64,000 bases of DNA from Octopus vulgaris (lineage: Eukaryota). A program made the position numbers and the translations under genes. How positions within the stretch are numbered: the first letter of the stretch is position 1; every line of letters begins with the position of its first letter. The notes below the pieces were generated by a model. It did no database searches and had not been told where the DNA came from. It saw nothing but the letters and a program-made list of their open reading frames with translations. Location of the stretch: the NCBI GenBank assembly GCA_951406725.2, contig OX597819.1:98394001-98458000 (forward strand). Direction: 5' to 3'. Positions 52,331 to 64,000 of the stretch are shown here, piece after piece.

Positions 52331-54139
52331 TGGTTGACAGCAGGGACAATGTAATTGAGTCAAAATATATTTGCATATATGTGTAACAGTCACCCCATCT
52401 TATAATAATTCTGCTTGTCATTATGTTAACTAGCCCACTGGTACTGCTTTCACATGATTGGAGGAAAAGAGGGAGAAAGAGAAAAAGAGAGAGAGAGAGA
52501 AGCAGGGAATGTAATTGTAATGCTATCAAGTGATTAGTTGAAGGGAAAGAGAGGAGAGAGAAAAAGAGGATAAGGCAAAGAGGGAGAAAAAGAGCATCCA
52601 TGATGTGTGGTAGGGTGAATGTAGTATTTAATGTGTGGCTAAAAAGTTAGTTGAAGGTAGTGATATAGAGAGTGTCAGAAATATAATTTTAGCAGAGGTG
52701 TGATGTTCTAATGGTATGATTAAAGAAAAGCATAGAGAGAATGAGGAGGGAGACAGAGATATGATGGAGGTGGTGGTTGTGATTAGGTAGTGAAGTGTTT
52801 TTTTTTTTAATTGGACTATGTTTTTTATATCACCTATCATTTAATGCATGTGCATAAGTGCAATTCCATGAAATATTCATGCTTGTTTACGTGGAAGATA
52901 TATGCAATTTAACTAAAGGTCGTGTCATATGTACATGATATTTTGTTTTTGTTTATGGAAAAAATGAGAAAAATAAGTGAATATTTATTTTATGAGTGCT
53001 GTGTATTAAGTCTATAAAATTGTGCATAAACTAATCATCGTATTCCAGTTTCTTTCACTTTTCAATGAGTAGCAGATGAGTGACTATCTTTCCATACAGA
53101 CACACAATGCAGGCTACACCTTCAGGTTTTTTTGGATAAGATTTTCGGAAATAACCCAACAGGTTTACCATTAATTCTGTGAAATATTCACAGATCCCAC
53201 TAGTTCTATATTATCAGTCTAGAATGTATGTAGAACAGTTGCCTGTGGGAGACTTAATGGTTTTGTGAACCTTTGCTAAGTTAATGTATTGCCAGCATTT
53301 ACCAGGTTTATGGTCTAAGAATAACTTCTTTTCTTTATGACCACAAATCCTGGGGACTTTGCAAAAACAGTTATAGCTGCCTACATTACTCTTCTGATTA
53401 TCGTATTTATTTATGTGGACATAGCATGGCTGAATGGTCAAGAAATTAACTTCCCAATCACATGGCTTCAGGTTTGATCCCATTATGTGCCATCTTGGGC
53501 AAGTGTCTTTTAGTACAGTTTCAGGTTGATCAAAGTCTTATATATGAAAATGGGTTGACAGACAGTGTCTGAAAACTTTTGAGATGGATTGTACCAGTAA
53601 TTCAAACGGTCCAATCTTGTCACACTATGTCTGAATTAAATAGAAAAGGAGGTGAGAACTTTATAGTCAAGGGATCTTGTACAATTACTAACAACCTCTT
53701 GGAACTAAATTATTTGTAAATAATCTGGTGAAAATTTGAAAATCTTCAACAGGTTGGAAGAAATTTGACAGTCCTAGTCGAGTATAATGAAAGTTAAGAT
53801 GGAATATACGATTTTTTGGTGCCAAAAAGTGGTGTAGCTTTATACTCGAGTAAAGTTATAAAAAAAAAAACAAAGGAAGTTCTGGAATGTGTGCCATCGT
53901 TGAACTGGTTTAGGGTCAGGAAACGATTAGAACTATAAAAAAAAATCTATAATCTAGTTTCAGAATGTCCTAAACATAGGGACAATATATTTGATCAATG
54001 AATTAATGTAATACGTCCCAGTAATGTAGACTTCTATGCTGTCACTTTTATGGATAATATCGATGGAAATATATTAAACAAAATCATATGAAAATAATCA
54101 CGTTTAACCCCTTCCATGGTGTATGAGTTGGATAAAACA

Positions 54140-54283
54140 CAGACGTCACTTACTTATAACAATATTATGTTTAGAGTTATCTCCCTTGAAGTGGAGTTAT
54201 ATCTCTTGCATCGCTTCCGGTTGATTAGCGCGGGAATCGTAAAAGTTATTTTCATCTGAAACCCGTCTATTCTGTGATTCTTG
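54140..54283 (+). promoter_or_regulatory. Probable ORC4 promoter and non-coding first exon
   Basis: CpG retention; GACGTCA 54142-54148; CTTCCGG 54214-54220; E2F-like GCGCGGGAA 54228-54236; donor TG|gtaagt at 54283/54284. Confidence 0.65.
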
Positions 54284-54516
54284 GTAAGTCAGATAAAATA
54301 TTTTGGGGCCACATCATGTTGTGCAGCGTCGTGATGTTTAATGGTAGCAACAGTAATAATAGTAGACTGCTGTTGTCTAATATAAAGTATCATTGTTTAA
54401 TTCAACTCGCTTATGATAGACGCTCTAGCCGTGACTATGCCGTCATATTTTGAGATAGTATAATTAGGTTTACGTTATCCCGTGTGTCCCTGTTCTGTCA
54501 ATACTTTAGGTTGTAT

Positions 54517-55339
54517 GACATTCCTACAGATGTGGGCGAAGGTAAAAAAATACGCACACTCAGTGTTTAGTGTAAGGTTTACAGTTACGCCGATAACGGG
54601 CAGTGCGCGTATTTACATCCGCCCAGATGTGAACCACACTAACTTTGTTTCCAGATAACTATCAGAAAAATGGATGTTTTTTAATGAAATTTTCTACAAA
54701 TATGCTTCAGATTATGTAGATACTCATTATATCGGAATTTATTGTGAAAAAAAAGTTTCCGAGGGTCAGGTGAGGTGTTTAGGGAAATTTACTCGAGACG
54801 GCTTTGTTTACATACAACTTTCAGAAAATTACCTAATTTTCTATAAATACCTTTCAGAATGTATAGATTACAATTATATAGGAATTTAATATGAAAAAAA
54901 CAAAACAAAACAAAACATTTGGCGGGCTCGTATACATTCATACTGATTCACGTCACATGTTTCTAGAAAATGAAACTTGAAATTTCGAAGAAAATTGTGA
55001 TTCGCGTCAGTATGTATGCATGTGTGTTCACTGTTTTACTTTTCACATGAAATTCCGATATAATCGTAATTTACACACCTTGAAAAGTATTTCTAGAAAA
55101 TTTCATAAAGAATTACCCATTTTTCTGAAAGTTAGGAAATAAAGCTGTCTCTAAGCATTTTTAGAAACTCCTCACCTCACCCTTGGAAACATTTTTCACA
55201 ATAAATTCCGATATAATGAGACTCTACACCATCTGAAGCATATTTAAGCATATTTGTAGAAAATTTTATTTTAAAATATCCATTCTTCTGGAAGTTATGA
55301 GGAAACAAAGTCTGTGGGGTACACATCTGTAGGAATGCC
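54517..55339. mobile_element. Long-palindrome MITE with 8-bp TSD, probably Merlin superfamily, in ORC4 intron 1
   Basis: TIRs GACATTCCTACAGATGTG / CACATCTGTAGGAATGCC; TSD GGTTGTAT (54509-54516) and GGCTGTAT (55340-55347); inverted arms about 54625-54905 vs 55033-55330. Confidence 0.85.
54535..54623. mobile_element. 89-bp MITE nested in the left TIR of the 54517-55339 element
   Basis: Termini GGCGAAGGTAAAAAAATACGCACACT / AGTGCGCGTATTTACATCCGCC; perfect TSD CAGATGTG at 54527-54534 and 54624-54631. Confidence 0.85.
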
Positions 55340-55803
55340 GGCTGTATTTTGAGGGTAGTTTGGCAGCTGCTTCTAACAGCTCAGGCGGCAATATTGAGAA
55401 TGCAGTTCTCTTGCAGACGCCCCAACCAAATCAATGTTATTAATGTCGGTACTGAAAGTTTTAGTATTGATATCTCTCTCACCCTCTCTCACGCAATGTT
55501 TTCTTTAGAAATAATGACTGTCTCCATACTTATGGATGTATAAATAAATGTTGTCTGCCACTGGAATGACATTTACATACATAAAAAATTTTGGTGGAGT
55601 TATGATGTAATGACGTCCTAAAACCCCCCATAACTTTTTTTATTTCTACGAATTTTCACAAATTTTTTTCCGATTATGTCTTCTGCATAATGGAATTAAT
55701 ACAATTATGCAAAAAAAAAAAAAAAATTTCCTTAATTCCCAAACTTTCCACTTTCTCTTTTTTTTTTTTAACTCTTGGTTTTAAAATACAGACAGCCTGA
55801 TTC

Positions 55804-57237
55804 TGCCAGTCGTTTCTCTTTATAATTTCCTAATAATTTTTTTAAATACTTCGAAATCAAAATTGAAAAAGTTTTATACAATCGTATATGTGCGCATAAG
55901 AGAGAATAATTTACTAACAGAAAATTGTTATTTAAATGAATTATCTGTAATATACCCTTAACTTATTGTGGATAAATTCCCACTATGTGTTTTACAAATG
56001 TATTGTTATTCTCCCAGGCATTGTCACATTTCATGCCATAATGATCCATGTAGATGGCCTCATCAACATGTGACCAGTGCATATCTCCACTAGAACCACG
56101 TATGTACTTCAGTTTCTGTTTAATTTGTGCCCAGTATGATTCCATGTTGTTTGTACACAAACAAGACACAGGATCTACAAAATGAGACAAGTGCTTCACT
56201 GTTCCATCTGTATATCCTAGTCTGGATAAATTTTTAAAGCTGGACCACATATCCGTAAAAATAGTGGGACCTGCTTCAATATTTCCAATAATGACCACTT
56301 CTAGTGTCTCTGCTTTTTAGTCAGGAACAAGTTGCAGATAACTCTTTTTTCCTGTGTTATCATGTATTCCAAGAATCCAAAGCTTCTTCACTACTCTTCC
56401 ATTTTTCCTGGTAAAATGAAAGCTTTTGTCTACTTGGACTATATGATTCAGGCCCCCTAATTTCTTCTTGTCTTTCAATAATTTTTGGGTACATATCCCT
56501 GCAGTATTTGTACTACTGGACAGCTGTCTGTCTGCTAATATTGTTCATGGACATGCAGCTTGTCATTGGCATTTCACACATGAAGTCCAGGATTATGCAA
56601 AAAAGTGAGAAGACCGTCAGTTGACTTTTTCCATAGATGAAAGCCCTTTTAAGAGGAAAAGTGAAGTTGGAAGAGTGGTGAAGAAGTTTAGGATATGTGA
56701 AATATATGATAGCATGGCAAAGAAGGGTTACCTGCAACTAGTTCCTGATTGAAAAGCAGAGACACTAGAAGTGGTCATTAGTGAAAATGTTGAAGCAGGT
56801 TCCACTATTTTTACAGATATGTGACCCAGCTTTAAAAGTTTATCCAGTCCGGGATATACCCATGGAACAGTGAACCACTTGTCTCATTAAGTATATGTAC
56901 AAACAACGTGGAATCATACTAGGCACGAATTAAATGGAAACTGAAGTATATATATGGATCCAGTGGAGATATATGTGCTTGTCGATGTACAAGGATTATT
57001 ATGGTATGAATTGTGACAATTCCTGGGAAAATTACAATACATTTATAAAGCACATAGTGGAAATTTATCTGCAATAATTAAAAGGTATGTTTACAGATAA
57101 TTTATTTTAATAACATAATTTTTTATCAGTAAATAATTTTCTCTTACTTGCGCATGCACGATTGTTTAAGACTTTTCAATTTTGATTTTGATGTATTTAA
57201 AAAATTATTTGGAAATTATAAAGAGAAATGAATGGCA
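55804..57237. mobile_element. Merlin/IS1595-family transposase remnant arranged as an inverted duplication
   Basis: Minus strand: KLGGLNHIVQVDKS...LWILGIHD...VPD*KAETLEVVIIGNIEAGPTIFTDMWSSF...HFVDPVSCLCTNNMESYWAQIKQKL; a second degenerate copy of the 3' half on the + strand at about 56668-57237. Confidence 0.85.
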
Positions 57238-58103
57238 CCTGTAGTATTTCACCATGGCCAGATGTATTTTCATGAAAAGTAAAAATGAATGACTGCTTGT
57301 GACACTCATTACAATCATGTAATGTCAATATAAGGAGGCACAAGTACTCGCTTGCACATGCACACACACACACACACAAAATCATTATCATCGTTATTAT
57401 TGTTTAGTGTCTGCTTCCCATGCTGGCATGGGTTAGATGGTTTGACTGAAACTGGCAAGCTGGAGAGCTACACCAGGTTCCAATCTGATGTGGGATGGTT
57501 TCTATGGCTGGCTGTCTTCGATGCTGGCATGAGTTGGACAGGTGCTGGTAAGCTGGAGAGCTGCTTGGACTCCATTGTCTGCTATGGCATGATTTCTATG
57601 GTTGGATGCCCTTCCTACTGCCAACCACTCCAAGAGTGTTATGGGTGCTTTTTACATACCACTAGCACACACACACATATAATATGCCAGCACTGCCTTG
57701 ACTGGCTTCTGTGCTGGTGGCACGTAAAAAGCACCAACCAATCGTGGCCACTGCCAACCTCCCCTGGCACCTGTGCCTGTGGCACGTAAAAAGCACCCAC
57801 TACACTCATGGAGTGGTTGGCATTAGGAAGGGCATCCAGCTGTAGAAACACTGCCAGATCAGACTGGAGCCTGGTGCAGCCTCCCAGACCCCAGTCGAAC
57901 CGTCCAACCCGTGCTAGCACGGAAAATGGACGTTAAACAATGATGATGATGATATATATATGTAGGTGCAGGTGGGGCTTTAATTTTCTGCAGATATGAG
58001 GCTAACTCAGTTTTATGTTTGTTGATTGATTTTTGATGAGAATAATAAGTATGTAATGTTATTGCTATTGGTTTCAGATTGTGAGTGACAGCTAGAGAAT
58101 ATC

Positions 58104-58219
58104 ATGGCTCCATTTGTGGATCCTATTGAAATGGCAGACCAAGTGCAAACAGCATTACGAGAAAGGCTTGGACAGTGTTGGGTCCCAGAGGCACCAATTG
58201 GTTTCAAAGAAGAAAAACA
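58104..58219 (+). CDS. ORC4: ORC4 coding exon 1 (MAPFVDPIEMADQVQTALRERLGQCWVPEAPIGFKEEK)
   Basis: Acceptor gtttcag ends 58077, donor gtaaat at 58220. Confidence 0.85.
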
Positions 58220-61200
58220 GTAAATATTTCTGATTGCAATTTCATTTGTTTAACTCCTTTGAGATCATATGTTGAATGAAATATTCTTTCTGTGTTTTAA
58301 TCAATTTTGATTAATTAATGATTACTATTTCATTTATTTAACTGTTTTGTGACTGTATATCTGATAAAATATAGAGACTATGTCTGTATATACCGTAAAT
58401 CCTCGAGTATAGTCTGCCCTTGAGTATAATATGCAGGGGATTTTTAGCAGGCTGTATCTCTGAAAAACCTAAACCTTGTGTATAATATGCACCCCTTCTC
58501 TAATTTAAGTCAAGGAGATCTATATAACGTCCTTGGTTTGTAAAAATGTATACTTTATTATTATTGTATATATAACATAATGCAAACGTGTAGTCTTTTT
58601 TGTGCATTTTGTTTGCAGAAAATAAAGAAATAACAGCAATAATGTTTAATAAATGTTGCTTACTGCAAGTTATGGATTATTCTTTTATGACTTCATTGCT
58701 TTCTGGCTTAGCTTAAGGTATTTTCGTGCCCGACATCACAAAATGCGTCTGAATAAACATTGCCAGACAGCAAATAGAGACTTGAACATTGCTTAGAAAA
58801 TAATTTTCATTTTTAATCTCATATATAGTACGCACTAGGGATTTTTACCTTTAAATTTTGGGAAAAAAATGCTCGAGGATTTACTGTAGTTGAGTTCTTG
58901 ACTATTTTCTCAAACATGCATTAGTTTATAAAATCTTGTAATGATTTATATTCTCTCCAGCATCCGTTTTTTTTCTTTCTCTATACTGTTGCTTCTGTTA
59001 GCAGACATAGTAGACACAAGCAAGGAAATTGGTCATAGTCACACTTAATGTTTGTCTGTACTTATCATTATTCTAGGTACGACTTTAAACTGTATTTGGT
59101 AGTGGAACCCTGGTTTGGGAGTGTCAGGTTTTTGAAGAATGTGGAACCACCTTTTAGCCCCCATTGTTCTCATGTTTACCCTGACCTGGAATTGTAGCAA
59201 CTGACAGGGTTCCAGCTATGGGTTAAATAGCATATAATCATCTGAGCTAGGGTTTGTTAAAATCATGGGATGCAACATGGTGGGTGTGCACTATTTCAAT
59301 ATATGAACTTATGGAGTCAATGACGAATGTCACTAGATACTGAGTGAATGATCAGACAGCGGTCAGTTGAGTCGGTGAACTACTACTATCTTCTACAGTT
59401 GGGGGCGTGCACAGATGAGATATTTCAGCTAGCGTAAACCCAATGTGACGTTTATGCCTTTTGCCTACACGTGGCTGTTGCCAGCGCCACCCCAACGGGC
59501 CTCCGTGCTGGTGGCACGTAAAAAGCACCATCCGATTGAGGCTGCTGCCAGCCTCGCCTGGCCCCCGTGCCGGTGGCACGTAAAAAGCACCATCCGACCG
59601 TGGCCGTTTGCCAGCCCCATCTGGCACCTGTGCCGGTGGCATGTAAAAAGCACTCACTACACTCACGGTGTGATTGGCGTTAGGAAAGGCATCCAGCCGT
59701 AGAAACATTGCCAGATCAGACTGGGCCTGGTGCAGCCTTCTGGTTTCCCAGACCCCAGTTGAACCGTCCAACCCATGCTAGCATGGAAAGCGGACGCTAA
59801 ATGATGATGATGATGATTGCTTGATCGAGATGTCTGGTGTGGAAGAGTTACATTCATTCAGGTATGTTGTCCAACCAGGTGAGCGTTTTAGTTCCCAGCA
59901 CAGTGTTTAAGGCTAATTATAATATTGACATTGTAGCTATTGCTGTGTATGTTTCTATGTAGTTGGATTGAGTAGACATAAAAAATAATTTTTGAATAGT
60001 AAAGGGGTCTTTTATGTGGTTTTGGTCAGAAAGGGAGGGATAGTATTGTAACTTTATCAAGTATCCCATTTTTTTTTCAGACATAGTGTGTCTAGAACCA
60101 TATTCTTAATCTGTCTGCCATTCTTTCTATCTTTCCCTTTGAAGGTAGTGTGTAGTCTCAGCATAGGCTGTTCCACTTTAAAGAAGTGATTGTAGTATTT
60201 TCTTTTCTGGCAAACTGTATCCCACACTTAAGTTTGTATCCAATATATTCATCTATTTTTGGAACTGTAGAATTTTTTAGCTACTATTTCTAGTAAGTTT
60301 GAGTGGCTGTGTAGATGCACATCTTCATAAATGTTGTATAATCTGTTGTTTGAATCTATAGTGTGGGATGTTGGTCAGTTGTGATATTTAACCAAGTATT
60401 TTACAACTAACATCTTGTTTGAGACTAATAACTGATGTTTAATATTTATGCATTCAGACAGATTACCGACTTAGTGAAACGGACTATCAACTTTGGTGAA
60501 AGTAACTCAGTTCTTTTAATTGGAGCCCGTGGTATTGGTAAAACGATGGTAAGTCATGCCATTGTATTATCACTTTTAGTTCTTTATTGTTTTCTTCATC
60601 ATTATCACCACTATTGCCATCATCATTGTCATCATCATAATTGTTATCACCCTCATCACTGCCTCCAATACCATCATTGTTATCACTATCATCATTGTAT
60701 TTATCACTCTATTGTCATCATCAATACCATTATCGTTGTCATCACTCTTGTTATTATCACCATCATCATTGTCATCATCACCCTCATTGTTATCTTGTTT
60801 CAGTTTCAGAGTTATAGCTCTTGATGTTCTTAATTGAAATCCAACTTTGGTCAACTTTACTTTTCATCCTTCTGGGATCTATAAAATGTATGCCGTTTGA
60901 ATAATGGGGTTGTTTTAATAAGCATTGGTGTGGAGGCTGGTTCCACGTAAAAAGCACCCAGTACATTCTGGAGTGGTTGGCATTGGGAAAGGGATAGATA
61001 CCAAACCAAAACAGACTATGGAATCTGGTGTGGTCCCTGGCCTTACCAATTCCTGTCAAGCTGTCCAACCTATACCAGCATGGAAAACGTGTGTTAAATG
61101 TTGGTGATGTTGATGATGACTTTTCCGTGCTTCCATGGGTCAGGTGGAGTTTATTGAAGCAGATTTACTTTCACTAGATGCTCTTTCTCTTCACTAACCC

Positions 61201-61904
61201 TCACCTGTTTTCAAGTAAGGTAAAATTTTCCCATGGCTAGAATTGTTATCTCAAAATACCGATAATGAATGACACTGCTTGTATAACAGTGACAATCATT
61301 TACAACTATTACACAATGTCAAGACAATGAGACACACACACACACACGTACATGCACATATGATAAGCTTTTCACTTTTCGTCTACCAAATCCACTTACA
61401 AGGCTGTGGTTGGTCCAGGAGTATAACAGAAGACACTTGCGGCAAGACAAGGCGGTGAGCTGGCAGAAACATTAGTATGCTGGGCGAAATGCTTAGTGGT
61501 ATTTTGTCTGCCATTACATTCTGAGTTCAAATTCCGCCGAGGTCAACTTTATCTTTCATCCTTTCGGGGTCGATAAATTAAATACCAGTTACACATTGGG
61601 GTCAATATAATCGACTTAATCCCTTTGTCTGTCCTTGTTTGTCCATTCTATGTTTAGCCCTTTGTGGGCCATAAAGAAATAAGACACTCTCCCAAGGTGC
61701 CATGCAGTGGGACTGAACCCAGAACCATGTGGCTGAAAAGCAAACTTCTAATCACTCACCCACTACCTTCTCAAACTTTGTGATCTTAGACCAATGTTAA
61801 ATTAAATGTTGTTCTCTCTTCCTAACAGTTATTGAAGAATGCCTTGAAGGAAGTGAAGAAAGACAAAAATGTTCACCAGAATCTAATGGAAGTCTACCTC
61901 AGTG
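58104..61904 (+). CDS. ORC4: Origin recognition complex subunit 4, 5' part: join(58104..58219,60458..60548,61829..61904); continues beyond the window
   Basis: Translation DQVQTALRERL...LVKRTINFGESNSVLLIGARGIGKTM (Walker A)...LLKNALKEV...NLMEVYLSG matches the ORC4 N-terminus; GT-AG ends with consistent phases. Confidence 0.93.
58391..58888. mobile_element. pogo/Tigger-like MITE
   Basis: TA-flanked termini TACCGTAAATCCTCGAG / CTCGAGGATTTACTGTA; partial inverted copy at about 39364-39515. Confidence 0.75.
60458..60548 (+). CDS. ORC4: ORC4 coding exon 2 (Walker A GARGIGKT)
   Basis: cattcag acceptor, gtaagt donor, 91 nt. Confidence 0.94.
60595..60795. repeat. Degenerate (CAT)n repeat in ORC4 intron
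   Basis: Imperfect CAT/TAT/CAC triplets. Confidence 0.85.
61829..61904 (+). CDS. ORC4: ORC4 coding exon 3 (LLKNALKEVKKDKNVHQNLMEVYLS)
   Basis: cctaacag acceptor, gtaagg donor, 76 nt. Confidence 0.9.
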
Positions 61905-62668
61905 GTAAGGAGCACATGTTTCACTTACAAATGGTTATTTTATCTACCACTGCTTTTCTCCCACCCTTCTGTACCAGATTGTTACAAAAGTTCCATTATC
62001 TTTACATCCCTTCAACTATACTTGTCATAGTTGATACCTAACAACTCTCTCTCTCTCTCTCTTTCTTTCTCTGTTATTGAAGCCTTATGTTAACGTCACT
62101 AGAATTATGCGTGGAAGGTAAATTGTAAATTAGATGCTATATTACATAATACAATGAGTACCATTTTGAAACCTCTTTTATCAAACTAAAGTAGATATAG
62201 GCACAATCCCAGTAAATGGAAACTGAAAATAGGTAATAGATTGGGTAGGGAGGGTTAATCAGTCTTACCTTTAGTTGTCAGGGGTGATAGCTTTTGGCAA
62301 ATTTTGATCTTATTCGTCCTCCTCAGCAGAGCATAGAGATTGCTAGATCAATAAAGTTAGAAAACTGGTAATCCATATAGGTGCAAGCAGGGCAATGCCA
62401 AGATAAAGATGACTTGGTCAATGCTTGAATACTATTAACTCTTCAGTGTTTGGACTGGCCAAAACTGGCTGAAAATTATTCTTTATTTGTTTGAACTGGC
62501 CAAACCAGCCATATCTGATTCTTCTACAAAATTGCTAAAAAAAAATAAACAGATCACATTATTGAATTCTTGTTGCTTTGAGATAAATCCTTTCCTGCCT
62601 TTATTCAAGTAAAAGTATAGTAAAATTTTTGAGACTTCTTGGTTTTTTTCAGTGTTTGTTGAGAAGTG

Positions 62669-63375
62669 TATCATCATCATCATCGTTTAACGTCCGTTCT
62701 CCATGCTAGCATGGGTTGGACGGTTCGACCGGGGATCTGGGAAGCCAGAAGGCTGCACCAGGCTCCGGTCTTATCTGGCAATGTTTCTACAGCTGGATGC
62801 CCTTCCTAACGCCAACCACTCTGTGAGTGTAGTGGGTGCTTTTTACATGCCACCTGCACTGGTGTCAGGCGAGGCTGGCATCAGCCACGGTCGGATTGGT
62901 GCATTTTACGTGCCACCTGCACGGAAGCCAGTCGAGGCGGCACTGGCTTCGGCCACGATTCAGATGGTACTTTTTACGTGCCACCGACACGGAAGCCAGT
63001 CGAGGCGGCGCTGGCATTGGCCACGATTCGGATAGTGCTTTTTACGTATCTCCAGTCCAGGGGTCCTGGCATCTACCGGGTGCCAGTCATAAGATTGGTT
63101 CAATTTCGATTCCGATTTCACTTGCCCCAACAGGTCTTCGCAAGCAAAGGGGGGTTGGCATAGGTGCCTGTCGTCGGATGAGGTTCGATATCGACTTCGC
63201 TTGCCTCCACAGGTCTTTGTGTGTCCAAGGGAGGAAAGGCATGCATAAGTGGGCTGGACTCACTTGTCCTGCCTGGTCTTTTCACGCACAGCATATTTCC
63301 AAAGGTCTCGGTCACTGGTCATTTCCTCAGTGAGACCTAAAGTTCGAAGGTCGTGCTTCACCACCTTGTCCCAAG
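62669..63375 (-). mobile_element. RTE LINE 3' end (ORF C-terminus plus tandem-repeat 3'UTR)
   Basis: Minus-strand WDKVVKHDLRTLGLTEEMTSDRDLWKYAV; homologous to 29780-29850; (GAT)n tail. Confidence 0.85.
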
Positions 63376-63544
63376 TTCCAGTTCACTCAGCTGTAGAAAT
63401 GAGTTGCACCATCACTGGTGCCAAGCTGTATCACAAGTGATGCTTATTTTCCATGGGTTCCCTCCACTGCTAGGGATTGGCACTTTTTCACACACCTATC
63501 TTCATCCATTCTCGCCACATGACCATATCTTAGTTTTTAATGAT

Positions 63545-64000
63545 ATGGCATCAGCAAGTAGTGATTCCAACTTCGAAGGTTTTACTCTTGATATATGCAA
63601 AATATAAACATAAACAACAGTGATTTGTCTTTGAACAAATCATATTGACATTTATGAATCTTCGTCGGATGAGGAAAATTTTGATAATGAAAGTGATGAA
63701 AATGGTATTGAAAACATTACGGCAACATGGTTGAAGATTACTACATCAACCACAATACCTGTTTTCACAGAAAAGACTAGTCCACAATACAGTCTACCTC
63801 TTGATGCTCAACTGTTGGACTATTTATTTTTACTTTTACCAAAAAGTATTTTTGAAACTTGCGGAAGAAACAAATACGCTCAACGCATAATTTCTATTCG
63901 TGGAAGACATGATCCATTATGGCAGCCAACTGATACTGTAGAAATGCAAGCTTTTTTACTATAAACATTATGTTTTGGTATCCAGCAGCTTCCTAAACTG
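63545..64000 (+). mobile_element. piggyBac transposase remnant (PGBD4-like N-terminus), runs off the window
   Basis: Acidic N-terminus (SDSNFEGF, SSDEENFDNESDE) then PVFTEK...LLDYLFLLLPKSIFE...ETNKYAQ...WQPTDTVEMQAFL...IMFGIQQLP, with frameshifts. Confidence 0.75.

Noticed and set aside
52460-52800. Purine-rich tract giving hydrophobic minus-strand ORFs
   Set aside because: Low-complexity GA-rich sequence without exon signals.
55963-56298. Bacterial IS1595 contamination or horizontal transfer
   Set aside because: Degenerate, lies in an intron among host repeats, and Merlin is the known eukaryotic relative of this family.
60435-60854. ORF with Walker A motif followed by His-rich and Ile-rich tail
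   Set aside because: Only 60458-60548 is an ORC4 exon; the rest is read-through past a gtaagt donor into a (CAT)n repeat.

Overview
AT-rich, repeat-dense eukaryotic genomic DNA, most likely from an octopod cephalopod (inferred from repeat content and protein divergence). Three intron-containing + strand genes were reconstructed by hand from GT-AG boundaries: a complete 11-exon WDR45/WIPI4 CDS (2345-22414, 342 aa), a two-coding-exon TMUB1/2-like gene (40788-44146, 331 aa, probable promoter near 32.5 kb), and the 5' part of ORC4 (promoter near 54.2 kb, first three coding exons 58104-61904). Almost all other ORFs in the track are spurious or transposon debris. Repeats include tRNA-derived SINEs, 5'-truncated RTE LINEs, CR1/Jockey-type and R4/Dong-type fragments, and remnants and MITEs of hAT, mariner, pogo, piggyBac and Merlin DNA transposons. 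The most notable signals are: (1) several hammerhead-ribozyme-like motifs, one inside a tRNA-headed element with Penelope-style inverted ends; (2) a set of GG...CC elements with 8-bp target duplications (one nested 89-bp element) plus a fold-back Merlin transposase, all near promoters; (3) two long hairpins in the putative WDR45 3'UTR, candidate ADAR substrates; (4) a pre-tRNA-Gly/RTE chimeric retrocopy; (5) an inverted flank copy embedded in (TA)n repeats. No searches were run; family assignments come from recognised motifs.
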